Part shown: positions 36,269 to 46,173 of the stretch, one piece after another
How positions within the stretch are numbered: position 1 is the first letter of the stretch
How the letters are laid out: each line of letters opens with the position of its first letter
From: Pseudomonadota bacterium
Lineage (GTDB): Bacteria; Pseudomonadota; Gammaproteobacteria; Steroidobacterales; JBCCMA01
Direction of reading: 5' to 3'
DNA length: 64,000 bases
NCBI GenBank assembly: GCA_039026595.1
Contig: JBCCMA010000002.1
Span: forward strand, 1,047 to 65,046
The notes under the pieces: model-generated
The model's database searches: none
Told to the model about the DNA's origin: nothing
The model's input: only the letters and a program-made list of their open reading frames with translations
Translations under genes and position numbers: made by a program

Positions 36269-36454
36269 TCAGCCTACTCGTTCGTCGGGAGGACCTGGCC
36301 GCTCACGCTCATCGGGCGGTCCCGGACGGTCGCGCTCGTCGGGCGGCCCGGGACGTTCACGCTCGTCCGGCGGGCCGGGCTGGAGGGGTTGCAGCTCGTC
36401 GTCTTCACGCGGATCGGGCGTGGCTGAGGTGACCTGGGACGGGATATTTGTCAT
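36269..36454 (-). CDS. 61-aa acidic Pro-rich peptide with 4 tandem PGPPDER(E/D)R repeats
   Basis: The sequence is MTNIPSQVTSATPDPREDDELQPLQ-PGPPDERER-PGPPDERDR-PGPPDERER-PGPPDERVG. Differences between the repeats fall almost only at third codon positions of this frame (details in the findings). The SD is weak (AGGG). Confidence 0.6.
   Translation of the reverse strand: MTNIPSQVTSATPDPREDDELQPLQPGPPDERERPGPPDERDRPGPPDERERPGPPDERVG
36272..36379 (-). repeat. 4 x 27-nt tandem repeat (coding)
   Basis: The units read on the minus strand are CCCGGCCCGCCGGACGAGCGTGAACGT, CCCGGGCCGCCCGACGAGCGCGACCGT, CCGGGACCGCCCGATGAGCGTGAGCGG and CCAGGTCCTCCCGACGAACGAGTAGGC. Confidence 0.9.
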
Positions 36455-36551
36455 GGGTTGCCCTGTGTTGTGGGTTATTCTTCACAATAAAGCTTAGTCC
36501 CAGTCGGTACGGATTGCGAGAATTCGGCCGCTAGAAGAGACCGTTCGAGTC

Positions 36552-38552
36552 ATGACCCCGTTCTTTCGACAACTTGCGAACGAGATTCGTCGACGCAAAG
36601 TGCTCCGTGTGCTTGCGTTCTATGCGGTGAGTGCATGGCTTGTGCTGCAGATCGGCGAGGTCACGTTTGAACCGCTTGGTCTGCCGGACTGGAGCATGCG
36701 AACACTGATCTTCACCGTGATCATGGGGTTTCCGGTGTCGCTGGTTCTGGCGTGGGTGATCGACATCCGATCAGACGGACTGATCTTCGATCTGCCGCTG
36801 TGGGTGGGTGATACCGACGCGCCGCGAACCGCCCGTAAATCCGATCTGATCTATCTGCTCGTACCGGCGATGCTGCTGATCGGCGGCACGTACAAAGGCA
36901 TTGAACTGTTCACGGAGCGAGTGGGCGGCGGTGACCCGTTCCCCATCAGTGCCGACGGGCCGTCACGGGCCAGCATCGGCGTGCTCGCCTTCGAGAGCTT
37001 TGACGACAGCAGCGACAGCCAGTTTTTTGCCAATGGACTGGCCGAAGAGATCCTGTTCCTTCTGAACGGCGTACCGTCGCTCGACGTTGCGGCCCGCTCG
37101 TCGTCGTTCCAACTCAGCAACGCCGGACTCAGTGCCACCGAAGTCGCCGAGCGACTAAACGTCGGGTTCCTGCTCGAAGGCAGCGCGCGCCGCAGTGGCG
37201 ACCAGATTCGCGTGACCGCGCAGCTGGTCGATGGCGAAAAAGGTCTTTATCAGTGGAGCCAGGTCTTTGATCGGCAGCTTTCAGATGTGTTCACTATTCA
37301 GCAGGAAATTGCCCACGCGGTGGTGCGTGAACTGAAAGTGGCCATGTCACTTGACGACGAAGCGCGGCTGGATCAAACCCCGACCAAAGACATCGATGCG
37401 TACCTTCTTTTTTTGCAGGGACGCGAGCAGCTTCGCAGCTCGATCGATGCAGATATCATGCGCCGGGCGATTGCCTCGTTTGAGCAGGCACTCTTGAAAG
37501 ACGCGTCGTTTGCACGGGCGCACGCCGGCATCTGCGAGGCGCGTTTGCGAATATATGAGATCACCAACGCCATCAGCGATTTCGAGCAAGCAGAAGACGC
37601 CTGCAATAACGCCGCATCCGTCGACCCGGAACAGCTGACCGATACACGCATGGCGATGGCGCAATTAAATCGCGCGCGGGGTCGCCTTACGATAGCCGCG
37701 GATTTAATCGAACAGGTGATCGTCAATGCCCCGGACGATGCCGCAGCCTACATCGCGCTCGGTGAGATTCGTTCGGACCAGAAGCGCGAGGCCGAGGCCA
37801 GATCAGCGTTTGCGAATGCCATTGAACTCAAGCCCAGCGACTGGCGTGCGCATGAGGCCCTCGCGAGCTTTCTGTATCGCAACGAGTTCTACGAGGAAGC
37901 GGCCGGCGTCTACGAGGAAGTGACTCGGCTCGCGCCGGAAGTGGCATCGGGTCACGCGGGCAAGGGCGCCGCGTACTGGATGCTGGACGAGCTTGAAACC
38001 GCTGAGGCGGCCTATCGGCGTTCGCTGGCGCTCAAACCGTCCCGACAGGGCTACACGAACATGGGCTTGCGCTTTTACTACGCCGGTCGTTTTGACGATG
38101 CGGCAGACATGCAGCGCGAGGCACTGAAATACGCACCCGACGATCATCGTGTCTGGGGCCGCCTCGCCGAATCCCTACGTCTGGCCGGCGCCGCCGGTAG
38201 TGAGTCCGCGGAGGCCTACGTGCGCGCGCGCGACCTGGCGTCAGGGAATTTGCAGATCAACCCGTCTGACTGGTCCACGCGCGGGCTTCTGGCGTTGTAT
38301 TCCGCCCATCTTGGGCAAGACGATGCGCTGGCCGAGGCAGCGCGGGCGGTGGCCGACTCTGAGGAAAACGCGGAGGCACTTTATTATGAGGCGCTGTGTC
38401 TGCTGGAGTTTGGCAGCGAAGCCGAAGCAGTGGACAGGTTGCACCGCGCGGTCGAGGGCAATGCCGGTTACCGCCGCTTTATTCGAGACGACCCTGACCT
38501 TGCGGTGTTGGCGGAGCGCGCTGATTTTCAGGCGCTGGTCAGTGAACCGTAA
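36552..38552 (+). CDS. membrane-anchored TPR repeat protein (TolB-N-like periplasmic module plus TPRs)
   Basis: The N-terminus (EIRRRKVLRVLAFYAVSAWLVLQIGEVTF) and a second TM form the conserved membrane module seen in many TPR/cyclase proteins. Next comes SIGVLAFESFDDSSDSQFFANGLAEEILFLLNGVPSLDV, then more than 8 TPR-like repeats. It is divergent from the repeat-peptide/caspase/CHAT operon across a 97-bp spacer. Confidence 0.85.
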   Translation: MTPFFRQLANEIRRRKVLRVLAFYAVSAWLVLQIGEVTFEPLGLPDWSMRTLIFTVIMGFPVSLVLAWVIDIRSDGLIFDLPLWVGDTDAPRTARKSDLIYLLVPAMLLIGGTYKGIELFTERVGGGDPFPISADGPSRASIGVLAFESFDDSSDSQFFANGLAEEILFLLNGVPSLDVAARSSSFQLSNAGLSATEVAERLNVGFLLEGSARRSGDQIRVTAQLVDGEKGLYQWSQVFDRQLSDVFTIQQEIAHAVVRELKVAMSLDDEARLDQTPTKDIDAYLLFLQGREQLRSSIDADIMRRAIASFEQALLKDASFARAHAGICEARLRIYEITNAISDFEQAEDACNNAASVDPEQLTDTRMAMAQLNRARGRLTIAADLIEQVIVNAPDDAAAYIALGEIRSDQKREAEARSAFANAIELKPSDWRAHEALASFLYRNEFYEEAAGVYEEVTRLAPEVASGHAGKGAAYWMLDELETAEAAYRRSLALKPSRQGYTNMGLRFYYAGRFDDAADMQREALKYAPDDHRVWGRLAESLRLAGAAGSESAEAYVRARDLASGNLQINPSDWSTRGLLALYSAHLGQDDALAEAARAVADSEENAEALYYEALCLLEFGSEAEAVDRLHRAVEGNAGYRRFIRDDPDLAVLAERADFQALVSEP

Positions 38553-38593
38553 AGGCGGTGAAAAACCGCTTCCGCGGAACACACTCGCTTTCT

Positions 38594-39190
38594 TCAGGCC
38601 TGCGCGGTCGCGGCAACGCTCCGTTCTTTTTCAAGATGATGGTGCGCGTCATCGATTTTCATATAGTTCACCAACGCGTTGCCATTGGTCGGCGCAAAAA
38701 GAATGCGCCGCGGGTGCACACCCCCGCAGTCGTCCGACAGAACCTTGATGCCCTGCTCGCGGGCAAACCGCCGAATAAACTCCGTATTTTTGCTGCCAAT
38801 TCCGCCCTGTGAGGCCACAAGATCAGCACCGCCGAAGACTTTCATCTGAAGATCACCACGGCGAGCGCCGTTCACGATTAGCGCGTCAATCAGTGCTTCC
38901 ATGGCCGCAACACCGTAGCGTTGCTCCTCGATACATGGCTGGGAAGACGCTTGCTTTGCCGCCCCTGGCAACAGGAAATGATTCATGCCGCCGATGCAGG
39001 TAACCGGATCGTGGATGCAGGCGCTGATGCACGATCCGAGCACCGTACAGATCAGTTCCTCATGCCGTGTGGCGTAGGCTTCACCGACCGATATTCTCGC
39101 CACCACGATACCAAGGCGGGGGTGAAAGGAGCGTGAGACACCCTCGAACCCTGCGAAACAGGGCTGCGGCGTTTCAGGCCACGCACTCAT
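38594..39190 (-). CDS. cheD: chemoreceptor glutamine deamidase CheD
   Basis: Motif TVLGSCISACIHDPVTCIGGMNHFLLPG, plus MKVFGGA. The start abuts the stop of the upstream MCP gene. Confidence 0.9.
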   Translation of the reverse strand: MSAWPETPQPCFAGFEGVSRSFHPRLGIVVARISVGEAYATRHEELICTVLGSCISACIHDPVTCIGGMNHFLLPGAAKQASSQPCIEEQRYGVAAMEALIDALIVNGARRGDLQMKVFGGADLVASQGGIGSKNTEFIRRFAREQGIKVLSDDCGGVHPRRILFAPTNGNALVNYMKIDDAHHHLEKERSVAATAQA

Positions 39191-41956
39191 CTAGAAGCAC
39201 GCCCAATCCACGTCTTCATCAGCGTCCGCCTGCTTGTTCAACGGTGACTGCACGTCGCTCCCCGTATCTGTTTCGACAAGCGACGATGCACCGCTTTGCG
39301 AGGCATCGCTCCACGGACGATCGGCACGACGACGATCGGTCTGCTTCGCACTTGGCGCCCGGCTGCCGTCCACTGAGAAAAAGGACATCAGCTCATCAAG
39401 CTCCTGAGCCTGACCGCCCAGCTCTTCGCTCGCAGCAGCGGCTTCCTGAACCAGCGCCGCGTTCTGCTGCGTGAATGCGTCTATCTCGATGACCGTACTA
39501 TTGACCTGGCCGATGCCGGTCGACTGCTCCTGACTCGCCGTCGCAATCTCGCCCACGGTTTCGGTCAGTCGATTTACCTCATCGACAATCTCGACCAGCG
39601 TCTGACCCGATTCATTGACCAGACGCGACCCCTCATCCACTTTCCTGCCGCTGTCCTCGATCAGATCCTTGATTTCTTTGGCCGCGCTGGCACTTCGGCC
39701 CGCAAGATTGCGTACTTCATTTGCTACCACGGCAAAACCGCGACCCTGTTCACCGGCACGCGCCGCCTCAACGGCCGCATTCAGAGCGAGCAGATTGGTT
39801 TGAAACGCGATCTCGTCAATCACGCCAATGATGTCTGAAATCCGCTGGCTGGAGGTGTTGATCTCGCCCATGGCGCGAATCGCATCACCAACGACTTCGC
39901 CGCCGCGCTCAGCTTTGCTGCGCGTGGCCTGCGCCAGTTCATCTGCGCGGGCCGCGTTCTGTGCATTCTGCTGCACCGTCCCTGTCAGCTCTTCCATACT
40001 GGCCGCCGCCTTTTCCAGACTGGCTGCCTGCTCTTCCGTGCGTACCCGCAGGTTGTTGTTGCCGTTGGCAATCTCACCGGAGCCGCCCTTGACAGACGCC
40101 GCCGCCTCCTTGATGCCGTTGACGACTTCCGTCAGGCGAACAACTGTGGCGTTAGCGTCCTGTTTGAGGCGCTCGAAGCTCCCTTCGTACTCGCGATCAA
40201 CGGTCTGAGTCAGGTCACCCTTGGCCATGGCGCTAAAGACCCGCACGGTATCGGTGTTGATTTGTTCCGTAACGCTGAGCAGCTTGTTCATATTGTTGGA
40301 CAACGCAGCAAAGAAACCGCTTTTGCCCTGCATATCCACACGTCGCGTCAAATCACCGGCCTGCGCCGCCTGCACCACCGACTGGACTTCAGACTCGACA
40401 CCGACCTCTTCGGTTCGGTCCTCGAAAATCAGAACGACGCCGATGCGTTTTCCCTGTTCATCTCGCACCGGGTTACTCTTGACGCGGACCGAGAACTGCT
40501 CAACCTGTAAATCGGTCGTGTGTGAATCATGGACCCGCTGCAACACATTCCCGCTTTGATCCAGAGGCGAGATCAGCGTCTCAACCGGCACACCAACCAG
40601 TTTGGTCGAATCGATGCTCCCGAGCTGCGGCACGTGCGATCCGAGCTTTGTCACAAGCGCCCGCAGTGCGCGATTGGCAAAGACAATATTGAGATCCTGA
40701 TCAGCGATGACCACCATGCCGTCGATGTTATTCAACGCCACCTGAATTCGGTTGGACTCATCCAGCTTGCGCTGATCGTCTATCGCGCGCTCTTGCATTA
40801 CCCGCTGCATCGATTGTGTTGCGGCCATGACGCCGGTCGCTTCCCGGCGCGTTGTGAGGTCCATAGAGAAGTCGCCGTTCGCAAGACGCTCAAGACCCTC
40901 GATCAGAACATCAACGTTCGCACCCAGGTTTCGGTTCAGCACGCGGAACCGGAATACAAAGAACGCATTGGCCAGAAGAATTGCCACGCCGGCCAGCACC
41001 CCAACCAGGACCGCACTTTGCAGCGACTGGCCTGCCTCGTCAGCGGCCGCAAGACCCAGTGCCTCCAAATCCGACAAGAGGCGATCCTCGACCGCTTTCA
41101 GTGCATCAAGGCGTCCACTCTGAGCGCGGAACCAGTCCTGAGGTTTGATACCGAAACGTCCACGTGACGCGGTGTCGAAGGCCACTTCGCGCATCCGGTT
41201 GGATTCGAGGACGCTGGCGGCGTTCTGCTGAGCGGTCAGAAAAGCCGCCTGGTCCGGTGACAACCCTCGTTTCACCGCCTGCAACAGAGCGTCCTGTCCA
41301 GCCACAAGCTGTGCGAATCGATCTGCCGCTCCGGGCGCAAACTTGCCGTTGGTGAACGCCACACTCAGCGCGGAGCGCTCATGACCGGCCATCTCCTTGG
41401 CCTGCGCAAGGCTGGCATACGCTGTGCCCAGACGAGCCACACCCGCGTTGTCGGCCAGTTTGGGGATCGCGGCGATGACCTCCAGATAGGCTGTGGTGAC
41501 ACGGGAGTATTCCTTCAGGGAGGCGTCCGGTGTCGTTCCAAGCGCATCGACTCTGGCGCGCTCAGCGCGGATCACATTCGTCATTCCGGTAGCGTCAGAG
41601 AGCGCCGCTGTGAATGTCTCCGGCAAGACCGTAAGGTCAACCTGATCGATGACGCTCTTGAGTTCACCCAGCAAGCGATCGCGCTCGGCACGCTGCGCCT
41701 GCAAGTCAGCTCCGAAGTTTTTGCCGCCGCTGCTCAAGAAGCCCGAGGACAAGCCTCGTTCCTTCTGCGTCGCATGGAGCAGTGCACCCATCTCGGTGCC
41801 AAGCCGAGCAAAACCAACCTGCTTTGCACTGGCTTCCTTCATCGCCAGCGAACTGCCCATGTCGTGGACGGTGAACCAGACCAGACCCAGGAGCGGGACG
41901 GTCAGGACCAGAATTGACTGGACAGCGAGTGGGAGGCGTCGGAGCCGGTTAACCAT
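39191..41956 (-). CDS. methyl-accepting chemotaxis protein with periplasmic NIT-like sensor, HAMP, PAS and MA domains
   Basis: 921 aa. TM1 is [19 protein letters not shown]. The NIT-type motif is [22 protein letters not shown]2 is followed by HAMP and PAS ([21 protein letters not shown]). The signalling hairpin is [40 protein letters not shown]. Confidence 0.9.
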   Translation of the reverse strand: MVNRLRRLPLAVQSILVLTVPLLGLVWFTVHDMGSSLAMKEASAKQVGFARLGTEMGALLHATQKERGLSSGFLSSGGKNFGADLQAQRAERDRLLGELKSVIDQVDLTVLPETFTAALSDATGMTNVIRAERARVDALGTTPDASLKEYSRVTTAYLEVIAAIPKLADNAGVARLGTAYASLAQAKEMAGHERSALSVAFTNGKFAPGAADRFAQLVAGQDALLQAVKRGLSPDQAAFLTAQQNAASVLESNRMREVAFDTASRGRFGIKPQDWFRAQSGRLDALKAVEDRLLSDLEALGLAAADEAGQSLQSAVLVGVLAGVAILLANAFFVFRFRVLNRNLGANVDVLIEGLERLANGDFSMDLTTRREATGVMAATQSMQRVMQERAIDDQRKLDESNRIQVALNNIDGMVVIADQDLNIVFANRALRALVTKLGSHVPQLGSIDSTKLVGVPVETLISPLDQSGNVLQRVHDSHTTDLQVEQFSVRVKSNPVRDEQGKRIGVVLIFEDRTEEVGVESEVQSVVQAAQAGDLTRRVDMQGKSGFFAALSNNMNKLLSVTEQINTDTVRVFSAMAKGDLTQTVDREYEGSFERLKQDANATVVRLTEVVNGIKEAAASVKGGSGEIANGNNNLRVRTEEQAASLEKAAASMEELTGTVQQNAQNAARADELAQATRSKAERGGEVVGDAIRAMGEINTSSQRISDIIGVIDEIAFQTNLLALNAAVEAARAGEQGRGFAVVANEVRNLAGRSASAAKEIKDLIEDSGRKVDEGSRLVNESGQTLVEIVDEVNRLTETVGEIATASQEQSTGIGQVNSTVIEIDAFTQQNAALVQEAAAASEELGGQAQELDELMSFFSVDGSRAPSAKQTDRRRADRPWSDASQSGASSLVETDTGSDVQSPLNKQADADEDVDWACF

Positions 41957-42053
41957 GATTCATCCTTGAATACTTAGCGTTCGGGGGTATAGCGACAGAA
42001 ACCGGTATGTAATAACGTTACGTCTCTGAAATTCTGCGAAAAGTTGAGCCGGT

Positions 42054-43148
42054 TCACGCATTCAGAGCCGCACGACCCACCATGGGCCGGCGTGACACAC
42101 TCGATATCAGACTGGCGATTCCAGACAACGTATCCACAGTGTCTGCGCCGCCCGCCTCCACTGCGGAGCCGGGCATCCCCCAGACCACGCTGCTGGCTTC
42201 ATCCTGGGCTACAGTCGCGCCGCCCGCCCTGCGCACCGCGCACATTCCCTGAGCGCCGTCGTGGCCCATGCCCGTCAGCAACACACCCAGAGCTGAGGCG
42301 CCTACCGCCTCGGCCACAGAGTTGAACATCACATCCACCGACGGCCGATGGTCGTGGACCCTGGGACCATCACTCGTGAACGCCACAATCTCACGACCCT
42401 TTCGCCGCACTACCAGATGCTGATTGCCGGGGGCCACATACACGGTACCGGGGCGCAAACAATCGCCATCCCTGGCGAGCGTGACGCGCACGCTGCCAAC
42501 CGTGTTTAGTCTGTTCGCGAAGGCCTCCATAAAATGAGCGGGCATGTGCTGGCTCAGAACCATGCAGGAGTCATGTAACTGCAGCGACTTGAAGATCTCT
42601 GTGATGGCCGCAGGGCCTCCCGTCGAGGCACCGAGCGCGATAACACGGTGCACATCGGGTGAAGCGGATTTCACATCCATCGAGCGTCCGATTATTGCGT
42701 TGTGATCGCCAGTCTCGGCTTGGGAGCTCACGGATCTGTGCGCGGACAACGCAGCGTTGCGCACTCGCATGACGATGTCACTCGCGTACGCCACCATCTC
42801 CTGATTGTCGGCAGGCTGCTGCTTGACCGCAAAATCCACCGCACCTATCTGCAGGGCATCCAGTGTCACCTCCGCACCGGCTGCGGTAAGCGAAGACAAC
42901 ATGACAACGGGCATCGGTCTCAAACGCATCAGATTCCTGAGAAACGTAATGCCATCCATGCGCGGCATCTCCACATCGAGGGTCAGGACATCCGGGTTGA
43001 GTCGCTTTATCAGATCGCGCGCTTCGAACGGGTCAAGCGCATGACCGACGACTTCAAGCTGCGGGTCGCGGTTGATCACCATTGTCAGGAATTTACCCAT
43101 CGATCGAGAATCATCGACGATGAGTACTTTTTTCTTGGCCAGTGCCAT
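42054..43148 (-). CDS. cheB: protein-glutamate methylesterase/deamidase CheB (receiver plus methylesterase)
   Basis: Receiver domain KKVLIVDDSRSM...DVLTLDVEMPRMDG. The methylesterase domain carries VIALGASTGGP, GMGHDG and VVWGMPG. Confidence 0.95.
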   Translation of the reverse strand: MALAKKKVLIVDDSRSMGKFLTMVINRDPQLEVVGHALDPFEARDLIKRLNPDVLTLDVEMPRMDGITFLRNLMRLRPMPVVMLSSLTAAGAEVTLDALQIGAVDFAVKQQPADNQEMVAYASDIVMRVRNAALSAHRSVSSQAETGDHNAIIGRSMDVKSASPDVHRVIALGASTGGPAAITEIFKSLQLHDSCMVLSQHMPAHFMEAFANRLNTVGSVRVTLARDGDCLRPGTVYVAPGNQHLVVRRKGREIVAFTSDGPRVHDHRPSVDVMFNSVAEAVGASALGVLLTGMGHDGAQGMCAVRRAGGATVAQDEASSVVWGMPGSAVEAGGADTVDTLSGIASLISSVSRRPMVGRAALNA

Positions 43149-43220
43149 TTGTGCCCCTTTCCTTGTAACGCCCGTGACCGATCTGGCTCAGTGCGCGCCG
43201 TCTGGCGGCGTCTCGACGGG

Positions 43221-43499
43221 CTATTCGTCCTCAGCTGCCTCGACGGTCAGCCCGGTGTCGTTCATCGCCGCCGACAGCGTGTCGCTGGGTGCCGTGACAA
43301 GGCACGCCCGGTTTGCCTCTTGTCGGGCACGTCGAAACACGGCGAGTAGCTGCAGACCCGCGAAATCAACGGCCTCGACGGCGGCCCCATTCACCTCAAC
43401 GGCTTCTTCGCTCTCGAATACATCGGCCAACTGCGCTGCCACGTCCGCCACAGCATCAATTTTGAACGATGTGGGCAGTTTGACCTCAGTGGCAGGCAC
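43221..43499 (-). CDS. STAS-domain protein (anti-sigma-antagonist fold) within the che operon
   Basis: The ORF track gives 43221..43553. The in-frame GTG at 43499 overlaps the cheW stop and avoids a 68-nt overlap. The STAS-like pattern is KLPTSFKIDAVADVAAQL...VEVNGAAVEAVDFAGLQLLAVFRRA...CLVTAPSDTL. Confidence 0.6.
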   Translation of the reverse strand: MPATEVKLPTSFKIDAVADVAAQLADVFESEEAVEVNGAAVEAVDFAGLQLLAVFRRARQEANRACLVTAPSDTLSAAMNDTGLTVEAAEDE

Positions 43500-44028
43500 G
43501 ATCTTCTCGCTGCATATCGTCGACCAACTCCAAAGAGCGGCGCAGGATTTCATCGAGGTTCAGCAGGATGACCAGCTTCTCGTCCGTCCGCGTCAGACCA
43601 GATATGAAGTCCGCGTTGATCGTCGCGGCGATATCGTCGCTTTTCTGGATGTTGGCGTTTTCGAAGTGGTACACCTCGGCGACCTGATCGACAACGAAGC
43701 CCGCCACATGGGCGCGATCTTCCTTTTCAGCATGCGCGATAATAACGGCCGTGGTGGAATCGAACTCACGGACCGGCAGTCCGAAGCGCCGTCGCAGATC
43801 AAAGATCGGCACGATCGCGCCGCGCAAATTCAACACGCCAAGCATATAGTCCGGTGTACACGGCACATCGGTCACGTCCGTCCAGCTCTTGATCTCCTGC
43901 ACCTTGAGAATGGGCAGCGCGTACTCTTCTTTTCCGAGCATGAACGTCAGGTATTGCTCACCTGCCGCCTGAATTGTGACGTCCTGTCCCTGCTCTTCGT
44001 TTGCCTGAATCACCTGTGTGTTCTCCAA
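43486..44028 (-). CDS. cheW: chemotaxis coupling protein CheW
   Basis: 180 aa; YLTFMLGKEEYALPILKVQEI...VLNLRGAIVPIFDLRRRFGL. Confidence 0.95.
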   Translation of the reverse strand: MENTQVIQANEEQGQDVTIQAAGEQYLTFMLGKEEYALPILKVQEIKSWTDVTDVPCTPDYMLGVLNLRGAIVPIFDLRRRFGLPVREFDSTTAVIIAHAEKEDRAHVAGFVVDQVAEVYHFENANIQKSDDIAATINADFISGLTRTDEKLVILLNLDEILRRSLELVDDMQREDRACH

Positions 44029-44034
44029 AGTGTA

Positions 44035-46086
44035 TTAAGCCGCTTTCGACACGCGCACCGAGGGACTCAGTGACGGCGGGTCGAGAATGAGCGCGACGCT
44101 TCCGTCGCTCATGATGGTGGCACCCGAGATACCGGGTACGGATCGATAGTTATCCTCGAGGGCCTTGATCACGACCTGCTGCTGGCCTCGCACCTCGTCG
44201 ATGAGCAGGCCAAACCGTTTGCCGTGAACATCAACGATCATCGCGAGCTTTCCAGCCGACTCTTCGCCCATCCGGAATCGCTCGTTTAAGTCGATCAGAG
44301 GCACGTACTCGCCGCGGAACCAGCACACGTCGTCACAGCCCGGAATAGCCGCGGCCTCACTGCTGCTCACTTCCACAGTCTCAACAATGCTAAGGAGCGG
44401 CATGACCAGAGTCTGACGACCCACGCGAACCAGTTGGCCGTCGAGGATGGCCAGCGTGAGCGGAAGAGCGATGGTGATACAGGTGCCTTGTCCCGGTTGC
44501 GACGTAATGTCCACACGCCCACCGAGATCGACGATATTGCGTCGCACGACATCCATACCAACGCCACGACCCGATACGTCGCTCACCGTTTCCGCCGTGG
44601 AAAACCCTGGTCGGAAAATGAGCCGATCAATCTGCTCGTCGGTCAGCTCTTCGTCAGAGTCGACCACGCCGCGCTCTTGAGCGATGGACAGAACGCGCGG
44701 CCGGTTGATCCCTGCGCCGTCATCCTTGATCTCAATGATCACAGAGCCGCTCTGATGGTAAGCGTTCAGCATCAACGTACCGGTTTCGGGCTTGCCCGCC
44801 GCCGCGCGCTTTTCGGGCGTCTCAAGGCCGTGGTCCAGCGCGTTGCGCACAAGATGAATCAGAGGATCCATCATGCGCTCCAGTACGGTCTTGTCTATTT
44901 CGGTATGCCCGCCCTCAACGACCAGCTCGACTTTTTTCTCGAGTTTTCGGGATAGATCCCGTACCAGTCGCGGCAGCCGGCTGAAGCCGGATGCAAGGGG
45001 AAGCATGCGAACTCGCATGACGCTGTCCTGCAATTCCCTGGTGTTCCGCTCGAGTTCGTCCAGACGATCGCGCAACGCCTCAACATCGATACGGTCCTCG
45101 TCGCTGCCGATTCGATTCAGCATGGACTGGTTGATGACAAGCTCACCCACAAGGTTGATCAACTGATCGATCTTGTCGGTAGCGATCCGCATGGTGGTGC
45201 CCTCGCCACCGCCGGAAGCACGTTTTTTCGCAACCGGAGCAGGGTTTTCGGACGGGTCTTTGTTGTCGGCCGGCGCTTTGACCGAATCGGCGGACGGCGT
45301 GCGTATTGCCGCTGGTGCGGTTTGCTCTTCAGGTGCGGTGGCATCGGATGACGACGTTTCCACCTGTGTTATCTCGACATCGCAGTCGAACTCAACCCAC
45401 TCGAAAATTTCGGCGATGGCGTCCCGATCAACGTCTGCGGTGACCACGGCATTCCAGCCCACATAACAGGTGCGCGGATCGTAGTCTGGCCATCCTGGCA
45501 CGTCGGAGAAATCAGGCTCGACCGAGACAGGCCCGAGCCGCAGCAGTTCGCGAATCAGAAGCAGCGGGTCGTTGCCGCGGGTCATCAGTTCGGGTTTTGG
45601 CTTGAACGTGACCGACCATTGACCCGATCCGCCGGACGCTTGTATGTCGGAAGATCCGGAAGCGACTACGGCAGCATCAGCACCACCTCCGTCGGCATCA
45701 CCGCCATTTTCGACGGACGCGGACAGCTTCTTCTGCATGTCCTCGCGCAGGTCATGGTCTGACTCCGGATCAGCGTCGAGCATGTCGCGCACGATGTCGA
45801 CCGATTGCAGAAGCAACTCAACATCGGGCTCGTTCACTTCGCGATTTCCGGAACGCATCTCATCGAGAAGCGTTTCCATGTAGTGCGTCAACTCGGAAAG
45901 CGGTACGAAACCGAACGTCGCGCCGCCGCCTTTGATTGAATGCGCCGCTCGGAAAATTTCGTTCAGCTTATCCGGATCAACGTCATCGCCGCCGAGCGCC
46001 AGCAGCCCAGCCTCCAGAACGTCAACGTTTTCGCGACACTCCTCAAGAAACATGTCCCTGAGTTCGCTTAGATCAAGATCGTCCAT
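44035..46086 (-). CDS. cheA: chemotaxis histidine kinase CheA
   Basis: Hpt domain with FRAAHSIKGGGATFG. The kinase core carries HLVRNALDHG, DDGAGI and GRGVGMDVV, followed by a C-terminal CheW-like domain. Confidence 0.95.
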   Translation of the reverse strand: MDDLDLSELRDMFLEECRENVDVLEAGLLALGGDDVDPDKLNEIFRAAHSIKGGGATFGFVPLSELTHYMETLLDEMRSGNREVNEPDVELLLQSVDIVRDMLDADPESDHDLREDMQKKLSASVENGGDADGGGADAAVVASGSSDIQASGGSGQWSVTFKPKPELMTRGNDPLLLIRELLRLGPVSVEPDFSDVPGWPDYDPRTCYVGWNAVVTADVDRDAIAEIFEWVEFDCDVEITQVETSSSDATAPEEQTAPAAIRTPSADSVKAPADNKDPSENPAPVAKKRASGGGEGTTMRIATDKIDQLINLVGELVINQSMLNRIGSDEDRIDVEALRDRLDELERNTRELQDSVMRVRMLPLASGFSRLPRLVRDLSRKLEKKVELVVEGGHTEIDKTVLERMMDPLIHLVRNALDHGLETPEKRAAAGKPETGTLMLNAYHQSGSVIIEIKDDGAGINRPRVLSIAQERGVVDSDEELTDEQIDRLIFRPGFSTAETVSDVSGRGVGMDVVRRNIVDLGGRVDITSQPGQGTCITIALPLTLAILDGQLVRVGRQTLVMPLLSIVETVEVSSSEAAAIPGCDDVCWFRGEYVPLIDLNERFRMGEESAGKLAMIVDVHGKRFGLLIDEVRGQQQVVIKALEDNYRSVPGISGATIMSDGSVALILDPPSLSPSVRVSKAA

Positions 46087-46173
46087 GTTGATCCTTTTCT
46101 GCTCGCCGCCCCTCGGACATCAACCCTGCGACAAGCTCCATTGGTCTTAAGTGGTGCGTATCGGGCGGAACGC

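Noticed and set aside
36272-36379. Possible CRISPR array or minisatellite
   Set aside because: The four 27-nt units are directly adjacent with no spacers, are imperfect in a codon-periodic way, and have no cas genes nearby. They are a coding tandem repeat.
36149-36427. 92-aa plus-strand ORF spanning the 27-nt repeats
   Set aside because: The sites that vary between repeats fall on first codon positions of this frame, making the changes non-synonymous. In the minus-strand frame the same sites are third positions. This ORF also overlaps the caspase start region.
36455-36551. CRP/FNR-like palindrome TTGTGGGTTATTCTTCACAA in the divergent spacer between the peptide gene and the TPR gene
   Set aside because: The half-site spacing (TGTG-N10-CACA) does not fit the TGTGA-N6-TCACA consensus. 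It may be a regulator site, but I cannot assign it.
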